A DNA stretch of 64,000 nucleotides from Ignavibacteriota bacterium (lineage in GTDB: Bacteria > Bacteroidota > Ignavibacteria > UBA10030), in NCBI GenBank assembly GCA_963701295.1, contig OY969585.1, forward strand, positions 544,001 through 608,000, read 5' to 3'. A program made the position numbers and the translations under genes. Below are positions 9,649 to 20,065 of this stretch, piece by piece (positions within the stretch are counted from its first letter, which is position 1; every line of letters begins with the position of its first letter). Below the pieces are notes generated by a model, which made no database searches, was not told the origin of the DNA, and was given only the letters and a program-made list of their open reading frames with translations.

Positions 9649-11302
9649 TTAGATATGTTCCACTTTTACAAACTTCATCAGCGTAAGCCATTCTTGTGTT
9701 TCCTGCAACATTAGTTTCTCTGTATCGTGTAAAAGATCCTTGAACTTCTGAATTGTTGTCGTCTCAGCGAATTTGTGATCAAGTCCATTCAAAGCTGCGG
9801 CCATATCCTTGCTTCTTTTTTCCAAGCGAGCGTATTCACGATGAGTACGGATACCACCAATGGAGGCACCAACGACAGGCAGCACAATAGCGAGGAAGAA
9901 TATTGGTTGCTCCAACCAGTTTGTCCCCTCCATATTGTTTAAGATCGTTGATAAAAGATGTATCGCTGCTATTCCTATTGCTATGAAAAATATTAGCATA
10001 CCAAAATTTTCTAGCCTCTTGCTAATCTTTCCAGTTTGATACGATTTCTTTAGGTGAAAATTAATTTGATCTTGGATGAATTGCTTCCGAATAAAGTCCA
10101 CATGCGAATTTAAACTCTCTTTGCAGCATTTCTCCAAATTGCCTACTCCTCTTTCGATTTCATCAAATACGCGTATTGCCCAATCAATAGAACTCAATGA
10201 TGATTTCATGTAACGTGGAATTATTATTGGAGAGGGTTTTACTCCACATGAAATCAAAAAAATCGCTGAGCGAATACGCTCTACCAAGAACCTACTCTCT
10301 ATCCATCTTTTGTGTGCTTGTTTCCTGTCTGTTTTGAATATGACTATAAATATGAAAAGCAAGACTATGAACTCAATGATAAAAGCAGGAAGAGATAATG
10401 AACGATTCAACATCCCCAGTGTAACGGCAGCAACGGCCAGTGGAGAAAGTATATACACCAGCAAACCCGCTGCAAGATAGCTCCTCTGATTGACCTTTGC
10501 TAAGATTGATGAATGTACATAGAATGGCAACAACTTTTCTCTGATACTATTTTTTACTTCATCAGGTATTCGCATACCTTCAGGCGTGTCAAACAAATTC
10601 CTGTAAACATTGTTGATATAAGTTTCACGAACTTCCTCTCGAACAGAGAAACGATCGAACATATTAAGTCTTAATAAAGATTCACTATTTAATCCAATTC
10701 CTTTTTCTACTAAACAAATATTAGGATCCTCTGATGAAAGGATAATGAGTGGACATTTCATTTTGCGCGTATAGGTTACTATATCAGCAGTCCCTCCCTT
10801 TCCTCGAGATGGCTTGCCATCCCATATAGCGATGAGCATATCACAATGATCTACAATATATTGTCCAGTACCTTCATATGCTTTCTGACGATCTTTAGCG
10901 ACATTTCTTTTCTCATGTAATTCCTTTAGCATGTCTTTTTTTATGATTATGTGATGATGGGATATCTGGTAGAGTTCTTCAAATTCTTTTTTTGATGTCA
11001 GGGTCTGAAAGTCTTTCACATATTCATTCTTTGCAAAGGGCAGAATGACTTCAATTTCCGAATCAGGTGTCCTCATAATTTCATTTGCAACTAATCGATC
11101 CGCACCTTCCGCTAGCGCTGTGACAACTGTAAATGCAAAAGGCGTTATAGACTTATACTTTGAAATCGGTTGATCAAACAACTCGTAGATTGAAGATTTT
11201 AGTATTTCCCTGACTTTGGAAGCAATTATTTCGGGTTCCTTCAGGTACTCTATGACCTGTGACACCAATTTTGATCCGATAAGGAATATTGGATGGAGGC
11301 AT
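9649..11302 (-). CDS. SLOG domain fused to two SLATT/DUF4231-like 2TM modules; +1 frameshift near 11248
   Basis: ATG 11302 gives MPPSNIPYRIKIGVTGHR, joining LAEGADRLVA...LIAIWDG...GKGGTADIV (SLOG); two TM pairs followed by WIESRFLVERIRS and EYARLEKRS...EW. Confidence 0.82.
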
Positions 11303-11431
11303 GCTATTTTAGTTTCTCAAAATTATAACGTATATGTATTTCTCGATTGGACAATCGCCTTACCTTTAGAAATGTTATTGCAATGACAAATCTTGGTTGG
11401 ATATTAAGATAGGCACCGTAGTCCTATTTGA

Positions 11432-14185
11432 TTATATGCTTACCTCTATCGGTGCTTTCCGCTCGAACGCCTCCAAAATAAGGTTATTCTTAACTTTGTC
11501 AAACGAGATCATCGTACCGGAAAGGTTGAACTGTTCAGGACAAGTACCTCGATATACACTGCCCTCGGATGTCTCGACGACCACAGGCGTTTCTATACAG
11601 TCCAGATCCACAGTGATACGTCTGATCTCAGGAATACTGATACGCATCCAGCCGAGTGACTTCTCAACAAACTGGATATAGCCGTCATAGCCCAGCTTGT
11701 CAAAGTGCCCTACGATTGCACGGGGTTGTAACAGGAATTTCAGTAGAGAGGTGTCCCAATAAACTTGCTGGGGAATCAATGATGGTCTTTCCACCTCAGC
11801 AATCCGTTTGATCGTAAGGGGGGATGTTCTGTTGGTGCGGACGAGTGCAATCACAGCATCGCGGGTTACCAGACAGGGTCCCATCGTCAGGAACCTATAG
11901 TCATCATAATTCCCGAGCTTTCGTAGACCTCCTGTGAAACAACCAATGTCTTTTGTTTCTATGGACATCTCGTTCTTCTTTGCGGTCATTGAGATAATCT
12001 GATCTGTCCTAATCTTGACTTCACCCAACAGATTATCGAGCACCGCAATTTCTTCGATAGTACCCCCTGCGGCATAGTCCAAAAGATAGCCAACTTGCCC
12101 TGTTTCGGAAATCTTGAAGAAAACCCTGTTGTCGTGAGAATCCACAAAAGTAGCATTCCAGCCCGTCAACCATATTTCCTTGCCACGCACGCTTGGTAAC
12201 TGATACCAGGGCCAGCCATTCATAGAATACTTTATGCCACTCCATTTGTCATCCATGCCCTTCTTCGCGTATTGCAGAGGCGTGCCCGGGAGGTAGGAAA
12301 AAGAGAGGACTTTCGAGTCCTTCGCTCCGATAGTAAAAGCTAGATCATTCGTTGCAAAAAGGAAGCGTTCAGAATTCGACTGAGTTTGTACACGCTCAGC
12401 CTGGACTTCCGACGCATCAGCTACCACCTCCTGAGCCTGCTCCAGGAGAACTGCTCGCTGGGATGGTTCAACTTTCACAATCTCAGGAACGGGCGATGGT
12501 AACGATTTCGAGATATCTTTGGAGCTCGCTGCTTCCTTGTTTGCAGAAGGCCCCCCTGTTTTCCTGACCATATCGAAAATCCAGATATTTCGGTCGTCAC
12601 CGCAGAACATCATGTTGCCTGATATGTGGGCTACATAGAAGAGACCGTCTTTTGCAAATCCGAGCCTCGGCTGTGTAGGTTGTGAGATGTCGTACACAAA
12701 CAGTCGGCCACTATCGTTGTAGTATAGCCAATCATCGGATATATAGACTTGAACGCCAAAAAGGGTTTTGATTGTATGCTCTAAGGGCAGTTCGTAGCAT
12801 GAATCGGACTCAAGCTCCTCTGGAAAATTCTCGAGACTATACACGGCCAGTAGGGGACGAGAGGTTCTAAAGTCCTTCCCAAAAACGTACAATCGCCTGT
12901 TGCCAGAGACAATTCCTCCTGGGACAAGGCAACCGTCGGGGAACTCTACGGTTACCGTCTTGATCTCCACTACTTCTTCTTCCCTGAGGCGAACGATGCG
13001 TAATTGAGGATCTTTATAGTTGCCAAGAATCAAGTAGTCATCGAAGAGGGCGCCCGACCCTGCGCTGAAGTGAACAACACCGATTTCGCGAACATTCTTG
13101 CTGACTTCTTGCCGGTCAGAGAAATCGAGGACCTTAACGCCACAATTTTCTGAGTGGCACAAATCGATCACAATGTTCTTGTTATAGACAAGGAGTCCAT
13201 TTCCGCAGTTATTGAAGATATTCCTGTGATAGTTCTCGAAAAACACTTCCTTCGGGTTCGTCGGATCCTTATAGTCGATGACTCTTATAGAAGCATCACG
13301 GCCTCGCAGCAATCCAATCTCCCCAATGAGCTCAAACCACTTTGTGTCGATATAAGGAACAGGAAAGAGCGATATGAGTTTGGGTGACCGAGGGTCGGAG
13401 ATATCAAACGCACGCATCCCGTCGTACGTTGGCAAGAATGCGAGCGAACCGGATACAAGCAGGTTCATCGGATCCCCAGACTTCTTCTTGGAAATGAGAT
13501 GCTCTTTCGCGGATGTACCAACAAGCTTCAATTCGACTGCTGTTCCGGATACCCACTCATTTTCAATAAGCGCGAAGCTGTCGTTTGTCGTGGTTTCATT
13601 GCTGACGATCGATTGAAAAGTCTCCGATATTGGTGCAGGTTCATTCGATCTTGTTCCAATATGCTTCTGAGAAATAGATCGTTTCTCTGTTAATCGTTCT
13701 GATAGATTGCTACGTTGGCTGACAACACCATCAGTTGAATCCTTGTCTCTTAGCTCATCTGGAATCCCTTTGATTAGTTTTTTAAAATATGTGTTTTCAT
13801 CAAGTTGGAACTTCAGGATTCCTTGAAGACGACTCATTCGCAAAACCATCCCCTCGGGCAACTTAACGTTTTCAAGAGAGACATAGAGAAAAGTCTTGTT
13901 TTTTATGATTGCGTAATTAATCTCATCCTTGACATATTCTGATTCACGTGACCGCGCTGTGATGAAAACCAAAAATAATGAACAACCTTCTAATTGCTTC
14001 TCGATCACACTTGAAAACTCCGACGTAGCAACGATACCGTCGTCATACCAAATCCGGTAGCCCATAACATGCAGTCGTTTAATCTCTTTAAAAACGATAT
14101 CACTGTCATCATGAGAATAGCTTACAAAAACATAGGGCTCTTTACCATCGTAAGCATCAAAAGGGGGTGAGATCTTAGTTGCCAT
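11432..14185 (-). CDS. TIR-domain protein with LVIVD-like beta-propeller and uncharacterised C-terminus
   Basis: YVFVSYSHDD...IWYDDGI...SEYVKDEINYA (TIR with catalytic-type Glu); FDISDPRSPKL, IDYKDPTNPKE, YDISQPTQPRL repeats. Confidence 0.87.
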   Translation of the reverse strand: MATKISPPFDAYDGKEPYVFVSYSHDDSDIVFKEIKRLHVMGYRIWYDDGIVATSEFSSVIEKQLEGCSLFLVFITARSRESEYVKDEINYAIIKNKTFLYVSLENVKLPEGMVLRMSRLQGILKFQLDENTYFKKLIKGIPDELRDKDSTDGVVSQRSNLSERLTEKRSISQKHIGTRSNEPAPISETFQSIVSNETTTNDSFALIENEWVSGTAVELKLVGTSAKEHLISKKKSGDPMNLLVSGSLAFLPTYDGMRAFDISDPRSPKLISLFPVPYIDTKWFELIGEIGLLRGRDASIRVIDYKDPTNPKEVFFENYHRNIFNNCGNGLLVYNKNIVIDLCHSENCGVKVLDFSDRQEVSKNVREIGVVHFSAGSGALFDDYLILGNYKDPQLRIVRLREEEVVEIKTVTVEFPDGCLVPGGIVSGNRRLYVFGKDFRTSRPLLAVYSLENFPEELESDSCYELPLEHTIKTLFGVQVYISDDWLYYNDSGRLFVYDISQPTQPRLGFAKDGLFYVAHISGNMMFCGDDRNIWIFDMVRKTGGPSANKEAASSKDISKSLPSPVPEIVKVEPSQRAVLLEQAQEVVADASEVQAERVQTQSNSERFLFATNDLAFTIGAKDSKVLSFSYLPGTPLQYAKKGMDDKWSGIKYSMNGWPWYQLPSVRGKEIWLTGWNATFVDSHDNRVFFKISETGQVGYLLDYAAGGTIEEIAVLDNLLGEVKIRTDQIISMTAKKNEMSIETKDIGCFTGGLRKLGNYDDYRFLTMGPCLVTRDAVIALVRTNRTSPLTIKRIAEVERPSLIPQQVYWDTSLLKFLLQPRAIVGHFDKLGYDGYIQFVEKSLGWMRISIPEIRRITVDLDCIETPVVVETSEGSVYRGTCPEQFNLSGTMISFDKVKNNLILEAFERKAPIEVSI

Positions 14186-14214
14186 AATTTAGCTCCAAAT
14201 ACTCTTTTAAAAAG

Positions 14215-16806
14215 TCAACTCAAGCTTGACACAATCTTATATTTTGCTTGTTTTAAAATATCAGGATATTTTCTTACGGAATTCCTGTCCTTCTCTTTGT
14301 TCTCTTCGGACAACTCGAGATACGGTTTCAGACAGTCATGTATTTTTTTTGAATCGTCTCGAGGTTTTCCACAGGTCCAACCATTTTCAATTTTATGGTC
14401 CATCCAGTCATTGTGTTCGGCTTCTGCAAGCATCTCAATGTTCGCTTCGATGATCTCCATAATCTCCACTATGGGTTGGGACTTTGAATAAGTCTCAGGT
14501 ACTACATATAACCCTACCAGATCGAGTACATTAGGGATTCGAGCCGCGGCAGCCCGATTGTCGTCCTTGTAATCTTCTGATAATAAATCGAAATCCCGAT
14601 TCATCTCTGACCGGATCCACTTTCCTTTTATTCCCGATTGCCAATAAAAATCGTGGACGAAGGGCGCCAGATCCTCCGCGTGGGTTTTGAACTTCAAATC
14701 CCGATTAACGATACCAATAAAATCTGCAGAATCTGCATGCATGGACAGGATCTCCTCAGACGGCAGATCGGATCTGCGTATTGAAGGAATGTCCTGCTTT
14801 TTCAACTGGAGGATAATTTTTTCTAAAGACCGGGCGCCATGTTTGAACCGATTGGTCTCAATGAGCGCTGAAAGGATACCATGGTCAATGGCCAGCGGTT
14901 CGGTTTCCTTCAATCCGAGCATTGCCCTGATCAGCAAGCCTCTTCTGACCGGGTAACATACGTCTTGGGAATCATCGATCCATTGTTGTTTTTTTGTATT
15001 GTAAGTCTGTTTCTGGTTCGGTCCGAGCACGTTCAAATACCCGCTAAGCCTGCTTATGAAGTCCGGACCTTTTTTCAATTTGAATTCATTCCACTTCTTT
15101 TCATCTGTCTCTTTTGGACCGAAGTTCTCCATATCATAGCTGGTACCGCCCGCGAACACAAAAACGCTTTTCCCAATCGGGTGTGAAATCTGACCCTCGA
15201 GAAATTTCCCATCTTGCATCGGCGCCAGAAGGTACTGCAACCATTGGTATTCCTTGGAATCAAATTCATCCCAGAACACAATCGGTAAAGTACCCTGAAG
15301 CACTTTATCTCTCACCTGATGGAAAGCCCCAATTAAAGCATCGGGATCCTTGAACTGAGATAGGTTAAATTCCAAAATGGGAACGTCTTTGCCGAGAATC
15401 CCTTTTGCGATCTCGCAGATTCCGAAGCTCTTGCCTGCTCCTGGAGGTCCGAACACAGCAAGGCTGAGCGGTTTCTTGCCTTTATCGTGATCTTTATAAT
15501 CTATGATCATCGCGCGAATATTCCGCAGGCTTTCGATTTCATTTCGATCCGCGGTGTACAGTTTTCCAAATCGGGCACACGGAACCTGGGTCAACGCCTT
15601 GGGACCTTTAACAGCAACCCTACGGCCAATGCCAAAGAGTGGCCTTGGGTTTTTATGGATGCCTTCCAGAACAGCTGTCATAATCGTCCAGGTCTTGCGT
15701 TCTAGCTCGATAGACTTTTTGGGATTCGGTATCTGAATTATGGGATACCAAAATTTCGGATTCAGGACATCCTTAATCACATCGACGAGTGGGAATCCGG
15801 GGTTACTGCATCCCGCAGTCCCGTGCCCCGAGAGGTGCATGGTCCGCATCGCTGAAAGTCCTGCACGGATGCCTTCATAAATTGAATCTGAATGATTCGG
15901 TTGGAGTAGACGATCGATGATTCCTGAAGTGAGGCAGGCCATATAGCCGAGACCTTGTCCTTCAATTGGATCGCTCCATTCACGTTCAAGGTGTTCCGGA
16001 TCGTAAACAAGATGAAAGATTTTCTCGCTAACGTTGTTTTCCACATGGAGCGCGCCTTCCGATCCGAAGTGAACAATGAGATGCCGGCAATTCAGCAGGG
16101 AATTAATTTCTGAATTGAAGCACAATTCCTCTGCAAGTTCCAGAGCTGTTCGCTCCCACGAAATTCCCCTGCTCACTTTCACTTCTTCCCGTCGGATATC
16201 CCCGATTGAAACCACAACCACCAGCTTGTCGCGGAACTGGGTACTAAGATACCTCCACAGATCACCCTGACCCACTGGGCTTGACATTTTTAGGACAATC
16301 CACTTCAGTTCTTGTATCTCCTTTTTCAGAATCGACTTTGGCCATGCTCCCTTCTGTGTATTTTGCCTGAACCCAAGTCCACCGTCATCGATTACTACGA
16401 CTGTGGGTTTGTTCGACGTTTCGGCTGCATGTTCCACGTAAGAGAAAGAAGATTCTATTTGACTACCATATCCTAGGGGCTGTGCCATTCTCCAAACTTT
16501 TTTATCCTTTTCAAAAGGAAACGGTTTCCAGAGTGCGTATCCATTCAAGGCCGCAGGAAGCTTTTTAAAAATATCATCTCTTAATCCGAACTGAACGTCA
16601 AACGGATTTTGAAGTTCTTTACTCTCAGATCTCTTTTTCCCTATTTCTTCGAGGATTCGAAAAAGAAGTCCAGCCCCGCCGTCTGTCGTTTGCTCCTGAG
16701 TTCCTGTTTTTTCTATAGCATTGGGAACAAGACGTTCGCCCATATAAATTTGATGATCAACGACCACATCACCAGTAACTAAAACCGTTCTGGAGTTTCG
16801 AGGCAT
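14215..16806 (-). CDS. AAA+ ATPase with ribokinase-like N-terminus and C-terminal tandem RyR (ryanodine receptor repeat) domain
   Basis: VLVTGDVVVD start; Walker A GPPGAGKS, Walker B VFWDEFD; LAEAEHNDW...GWTCG...KKIHDCLKPYLELSEENKEKDR. Confidence 0.85.
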   Translation of the reverse strand: MPRNSRTVLVTGDVVVDHQIYMGERLVPNAIEKTGTQEQTTDGGAGLLFRILEEIGKKRSESKELQNPFDVQFGLRDDIFKKLPAALNGYALWKPFPFEKDKKVWRMAQPLGYGSQIESSFSYVEHAAETSNKPTVVVIDDGGLGFRQNTQKGAWPKSILKKEIQELKWIVLKMSSPVGQGDLWRYLSTQFRDKLVVVVSIGDIRREEVKVSRGISWERTALELAEELCFNSEINSLLNCRHLIVHFGSEGALHVENNVSEKIFHLVYDPEHLEREWSDPIEGQGLGYMACLTSGIIDRLLQPNHSDSIYEGIRAGLSAMRTMHLSGHGTAGCSNPGFPLVDVIKDVLNPKFWYPIIQIPNPKKSIELERKTWTIMTAVLEGIHKNPRPLFGIGRRVAVKGPKALTQVPCARFGKLYTADRNEIESLRNIRAMIIDYKDHDKGKKPLSLAVFGPPGAGKSFGICEIAKGILGKDVPILEFNLSQFKDPDALIGAFHQVRDKVLQGTLPIVFWDEFDSKEYQWLQYLLAPMQDGKFLEGQISHPIGKSVFVFAGGTSYDMENFGPKETDEKKWNEFKLKKGPDFISRLSGYLNVLGPNQKQTYNTKKQQWIDDSQDVCYPVRRGLLIRAMLGLKETEPLAIDHGILSALIETNRFKHGARSLEKIILQLKKQDIPSIRRSDLPSEEILSMHADSADFIGIVNRDLKFKTHAEDLAPFVHDFYWQSGIKGKWIRSEMNRDFDLLSEDYKDDNRAAAARIPNVLDLVGLYVVPETYSKSQPIVEIMEIIEANIEMLAEAEHNDWMDHKIENGWTCGKPRDDSKKIHDCLKPYLELSEENKEKDRNSVRKYPDILKQAKYKIVSSLS

Positions 16807-17135
16807 GACATATCTCCTGATTAAAAAGTTGTATTTATACTTTACACGTCAGTTGCGTTGATAGAATAATATTTTTCATCTCCGAGGGAGCTCACACCAG
16901 TAGCAAATGTGAATGAAACACATAGTGAATCTTGTAATAAATCTCGATAAATACAATTAGTCGTTTTAGTATTGACTACACATTATGCAGAGGTTGTAAA
17001 AGAAGATTATTAGACAGAAATAATCATCTTGAATCACACCGAATTTCTGCAAATCTTTATGAAAAATAGGGGATTTGAATATATACAGAATCGCTTGGTC
17101 TGTAATTAAGCGGTGAGATTGATGGATGCATGATC

Positions 17136-17162
17136 TGACCTGCCCCCCAAAAAGTGATCCAA
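17136..17162 (+). mobile_element. Isolated IS3-family-like terminal inverted repeat
   Basis: TGACCTGCCCCCCAAAAAGTGATCCAA resembles IS150-group ends; no transposase follows. Confidence 0.45.
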
Positions 17163-17244
17163 TATAAATTTAGTAAAAAGTATATTGGTACTTGCCCCCA
17201 TCGTGGCAACAGAACAAACTATATTAATAATAAAGGAGAGAAGT

Positions 17245-17457
17245 ATGGCACAGGAATGTGAATTGCTTGTTAAGTGTGGTTTTTTCAAGAAGTATCAAAC
17301 CACAAAGGATTTGGCTTGCAAAGGTTTTATAATGCAGTATTGCACTGGACCCAAAATGAACGAGTGTGTAAGAAAACAATACCGTCAAGAACATGGTACA
17401 CCACCATGTGACGATTTGATGCCTTCTGGTCAGATGATTGTAATTGGGAATAATTAA
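17245..17457 (+). CDS. Small Cys-rich hypothetical protein (70 aa)
   Basis: AAAGGAG RBS; CELLVKCGFF...C...YCTG...C...DDLMPSG. Confidence 0.75.
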   Translation: MAQECELLVKCGFFKKYQTTKDLACKGFIMQYCTGPKMNECVRKQYRQEHGTPPCDDLMPSGQMIVIGNN

Positions 17458-17479
17458 TTTGCAAGGCCTTCTTACTGCT

Positions 17480-17504
17480 GCCTAACCAACAGCTCAAGCT
17501 AACG
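17480..17504 (+). mobile_element. attC-like left half-site
   Basis: GCCTAAC-CAACAGCTCAAGCTAACG 22 bp after the stop codon; shares TAAC-CA-nnn-GCTCAAGCT with the 3380-3477 site. Confidence 0.45.
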
Positions 17505-17574
17505 AAATTAGCGTTAGCACATTAAGCTTGGTTTGCAACGGTGCAGCGCAGATTTGAAAGTGTGCTATGCTAAT

Positions 17575-17612
17575 AAAAAAGAAAATCTCGATGCGCTACT
17601 TAACATCGAGAT
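17575..17612 (-). terminator. Rho-independent terminator of the sulfur operon
   Basis: ATCTCGATG...CATCGAGAT stem plus T-tract on minus strand. Confidence 0.65.
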
Positions 17613-17693
17613 GGTGATAAGAATGACTGATTTATGTGAAATATTCTTTGGATATGAAAATTAAAGCAAAATATTATATATACAAGTTTTCGA

Positions 17694-18888
17694 TCAACAC
17701 CCGCCCTGTATCTTCTTTTGAACCTTCGTAGCTTTTGGCTGCTTATTCTTTGCGTCGGCGATCAACCGAGAAATTATCGTAGAAGCGTTTACACGAAATG
17801 TATTTACATCTGTATCCCACCGAGTGCCTGTGTTAACTGATTTGGGTGTAAGAATGGTGTGCTGGAAATTTTCCAAACCACCTTGCAACATTGCGATATT
17901 CTCATATCCTAATTCTTGCAAGAGTAATGCCGCCGTCCTACTATCGTCTTCATTTGCACCTATGACTACTTTGGTCACACGCCGATCTGAAAGAATCGGA
18001 GTCAATTCTTTTCCAAATAGGTCTTTTACTTGCACATTGATCGAGCCTGGCAAGGCGAGTACTGCAAATTGTTCTGGCAAACGCATATCCACAACTTGTA
18101 CGCTGCTTTCCTTGTCAATGATGCGATATGCAAGCTCATCAGGTGACATGATCTTCACATTATGCGATGCACTGTATGATGCACTTTTGACTTTTTCTAT
18201 TAAGCGTGCTTGACGAGACGGCAAAAATAAAAACACAATACCCAACAAAATAATGCCAGCTCCGGCAATTTTATGCTTCAATGGTTTGAATTCCAATGAC
18301 GGTGCTGAGGATTTATTCAATCTTTTTTCTATCACCGTCGTGATTGTGAAAGCACCGACTGCTACAGCAATAAGGATGAATGCAAATAATCCTTGCGAAA
18401 TTCCGAGTGAATCAAATACTTTAATCGGTCCCAAGTGCTGTCGATTCATAAAAAGTATGATAGAGCGGATAGAGTTCGCCGAACGCAAATACGCCCAAAA
18501 TTCCGCCACCAACAAAGAACATAGCATCGATCTTTCCGATTGCTGCTGCGCAGACCGATGTTCCCGGACAATAGCCGCCTATGATGAATCCGAATCCCAT
18601 TATCACTCCGCCAATAATTGCAGGCATCAGCCATGTTGGGTTAACATAAATGGATTGGAGGTCAAGGTAACCGAAATATGCAAGCAGTAAACTGCCGCTC
18701 ATTGCCGTTACGGCCGCGGTGAAGAATACGCGCAGTACGGTGAAATCATAACCATAAAATACTCCTGCCAATCGGCGTGAAGAGGAAAAACCGGCTTGCT
18801 CGAGCACAAAACCGAATGCAATGCCGATGAGCAAGCCAACAATCAAATTTAATTGATCGGAAATAAGTTCAGGAACGAATGGTCCCAT
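17694..18888 (-). CDS. YeeE/YedE sulfur transporter fused to a rhodanese-like domain; +1 frameshift near 18431
   Basis: MGPFVP...GFVLEQAGF...GYCPGTS joins PIKVFDSLG...VVDMR...LPGSINV...LQGG; ends IQGGC. Confidence 0.85.
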
Positions 18889-18899
18889 GGTCGTTTCTC

Positions 18900-19412
18900 C
18901 TATATCCACAACTTGCGGAAGAAGTATGCAATCATATATCCGGATCCGAAGATCGCCATCATTGTTATGAAGCCGGCTGTCGAAAGTACAGCCATGCCGG
19001 TAAGTGCAGCACCACTGGTGCATCCGCGAGCAAACTGAGCACCGATTCCGAATAAGGCACCGCCAATTGCTGCGAATATCCAACGCGATTTAACGCTGAT
19101 GCACGGACCGCCTTCACTCACGAATTTTAGCCTATCCGAAATCAATCCGGAGAGAAATCCGCCAATAAGCACTCCGGCAATTTCAAAGACAATCCATGAT
19201 TTTAGGGGATTGTCTTTTCCTGCACCGACGTACGATCCATAGAATGATGATTGCTCGGCGTGTGCTGGTGCGACACCGTCAACCGTTGCCACAACGATGC
19301 TTTTGATTGCTCCACTGGCACCGAGGCCACGGCCTGTTACAAAAATTGCTGCCAGCAGCACAAGTCCTAAAAAAAAGCCAGCAAGATACGGATTCATATA
19401 CTTCGTTTTCAT
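18900..19412 (-). CDS. YeeE/YedE (thiosulfate transporter-like) protein
   Basis: YMNPYLAG...GRGLGASG...ARGCTSGAALTG. Confidence 0.9.
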   Translation of the reverse strand: MKTKYMNPYLAGFFLGLVLLAAIFVTGRGLGASGAIKSIVVATVDGVAPAHAEQSSFYGSYVGAGKDNPLKSWIVFEIAGVLIGGFLSGLISDRLKFVSEGGPCISVKSRWIFAAIGGALFGIGAQFARGCTSGAALTGMAVLSTAGFITMMAIFGSGYMIAYFFRKLWI

Positions 19413-19444
19413 AATTATCTCCTCAAAGACTCTTTTTAGATTTT

Positions 19445-20065
19445 TCAGGCGATGATTGCTCGTCGGGTAAGTCTTCGTACCCGGTCAAGCATTGCTTTCA
19501 AGTTCGATGTAATCGTACTTCCAGTTGTGATCAGATAAATATGTGCAATGAAGAACACCACGAGTAAAAAAGCACCAAGTGTATGCAAAGTCGCTACCAC
19601 TTTTAATCCGGCAATATTCAGACTGATGACCTCGTATCGCTGGGGATAGCGGTAAAACATATACACGAGTCCGCTTGAAACCATCAATGGTATTACTATC
19701 ACCTTCAATCCGGCATAGACAATTTTTTGCAGTGGATTCAATTTGCTCAGTAATGTTTTCTTTGTAGGATGCGGTGCATTGCGAAATATTCCAAAAATGT
19801 AATACTCCATCTGTGCACGAAGGTTTTTTCGCGTAGGCAAGTATTGCCTCCATTCACCCGTTGTGACATGCCAGAAAATGGCAAAGACAATCAAGACCAG
19901 AAATGCAATAGCAGCAATGTTGTGTAATTTTACTGCCTGTTCAAAACCAAAGAAATGGATGCTGCCATGAATTTCAAATCCTGTGAACCCGAGAAAGATA
20001 ATCAACAGTGCCTGCATCCAATGCCAGAAGCGCTCGAATCCCTTATAGACATATTCGCGTTTCAT
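19445..20065 (-). CDS. Membrane di-heme cytochrome b subunit; probable +1 frameshift near the 3' end
   Basis: FERFWHWMQA, LHN, LHTLGA, AHIYL heme-ligand His; alternative frame restores MLTGYED. Confidence 0.88.
   Translation of the reverse strand: MKREYVYKGFERFWHWMQALLIIFLGFTGFEIHGSIHFFGFEQAVKLHNIAAIAFLVLIVFAIFWHVTTGEWRQYLPTRKNLRAQMEYYIFGIFRNAPHPTKKTLLSKLNPLQKIVYAGLKVIVIPLMVSSGLVYMFYRYPQRYEVISLNIAGLKVVATLHTLGAFLLVVFFIAHIYLITTGSTITSNLKAMLDRVRRLTRRAIIA

Noticed and set aside
17193-17204. GCCCCCATCGT as the missing 5' part of tRNA-Glu or a second att site
   Set aside because: Only about 11 nt, no D arm follows; chance match likely
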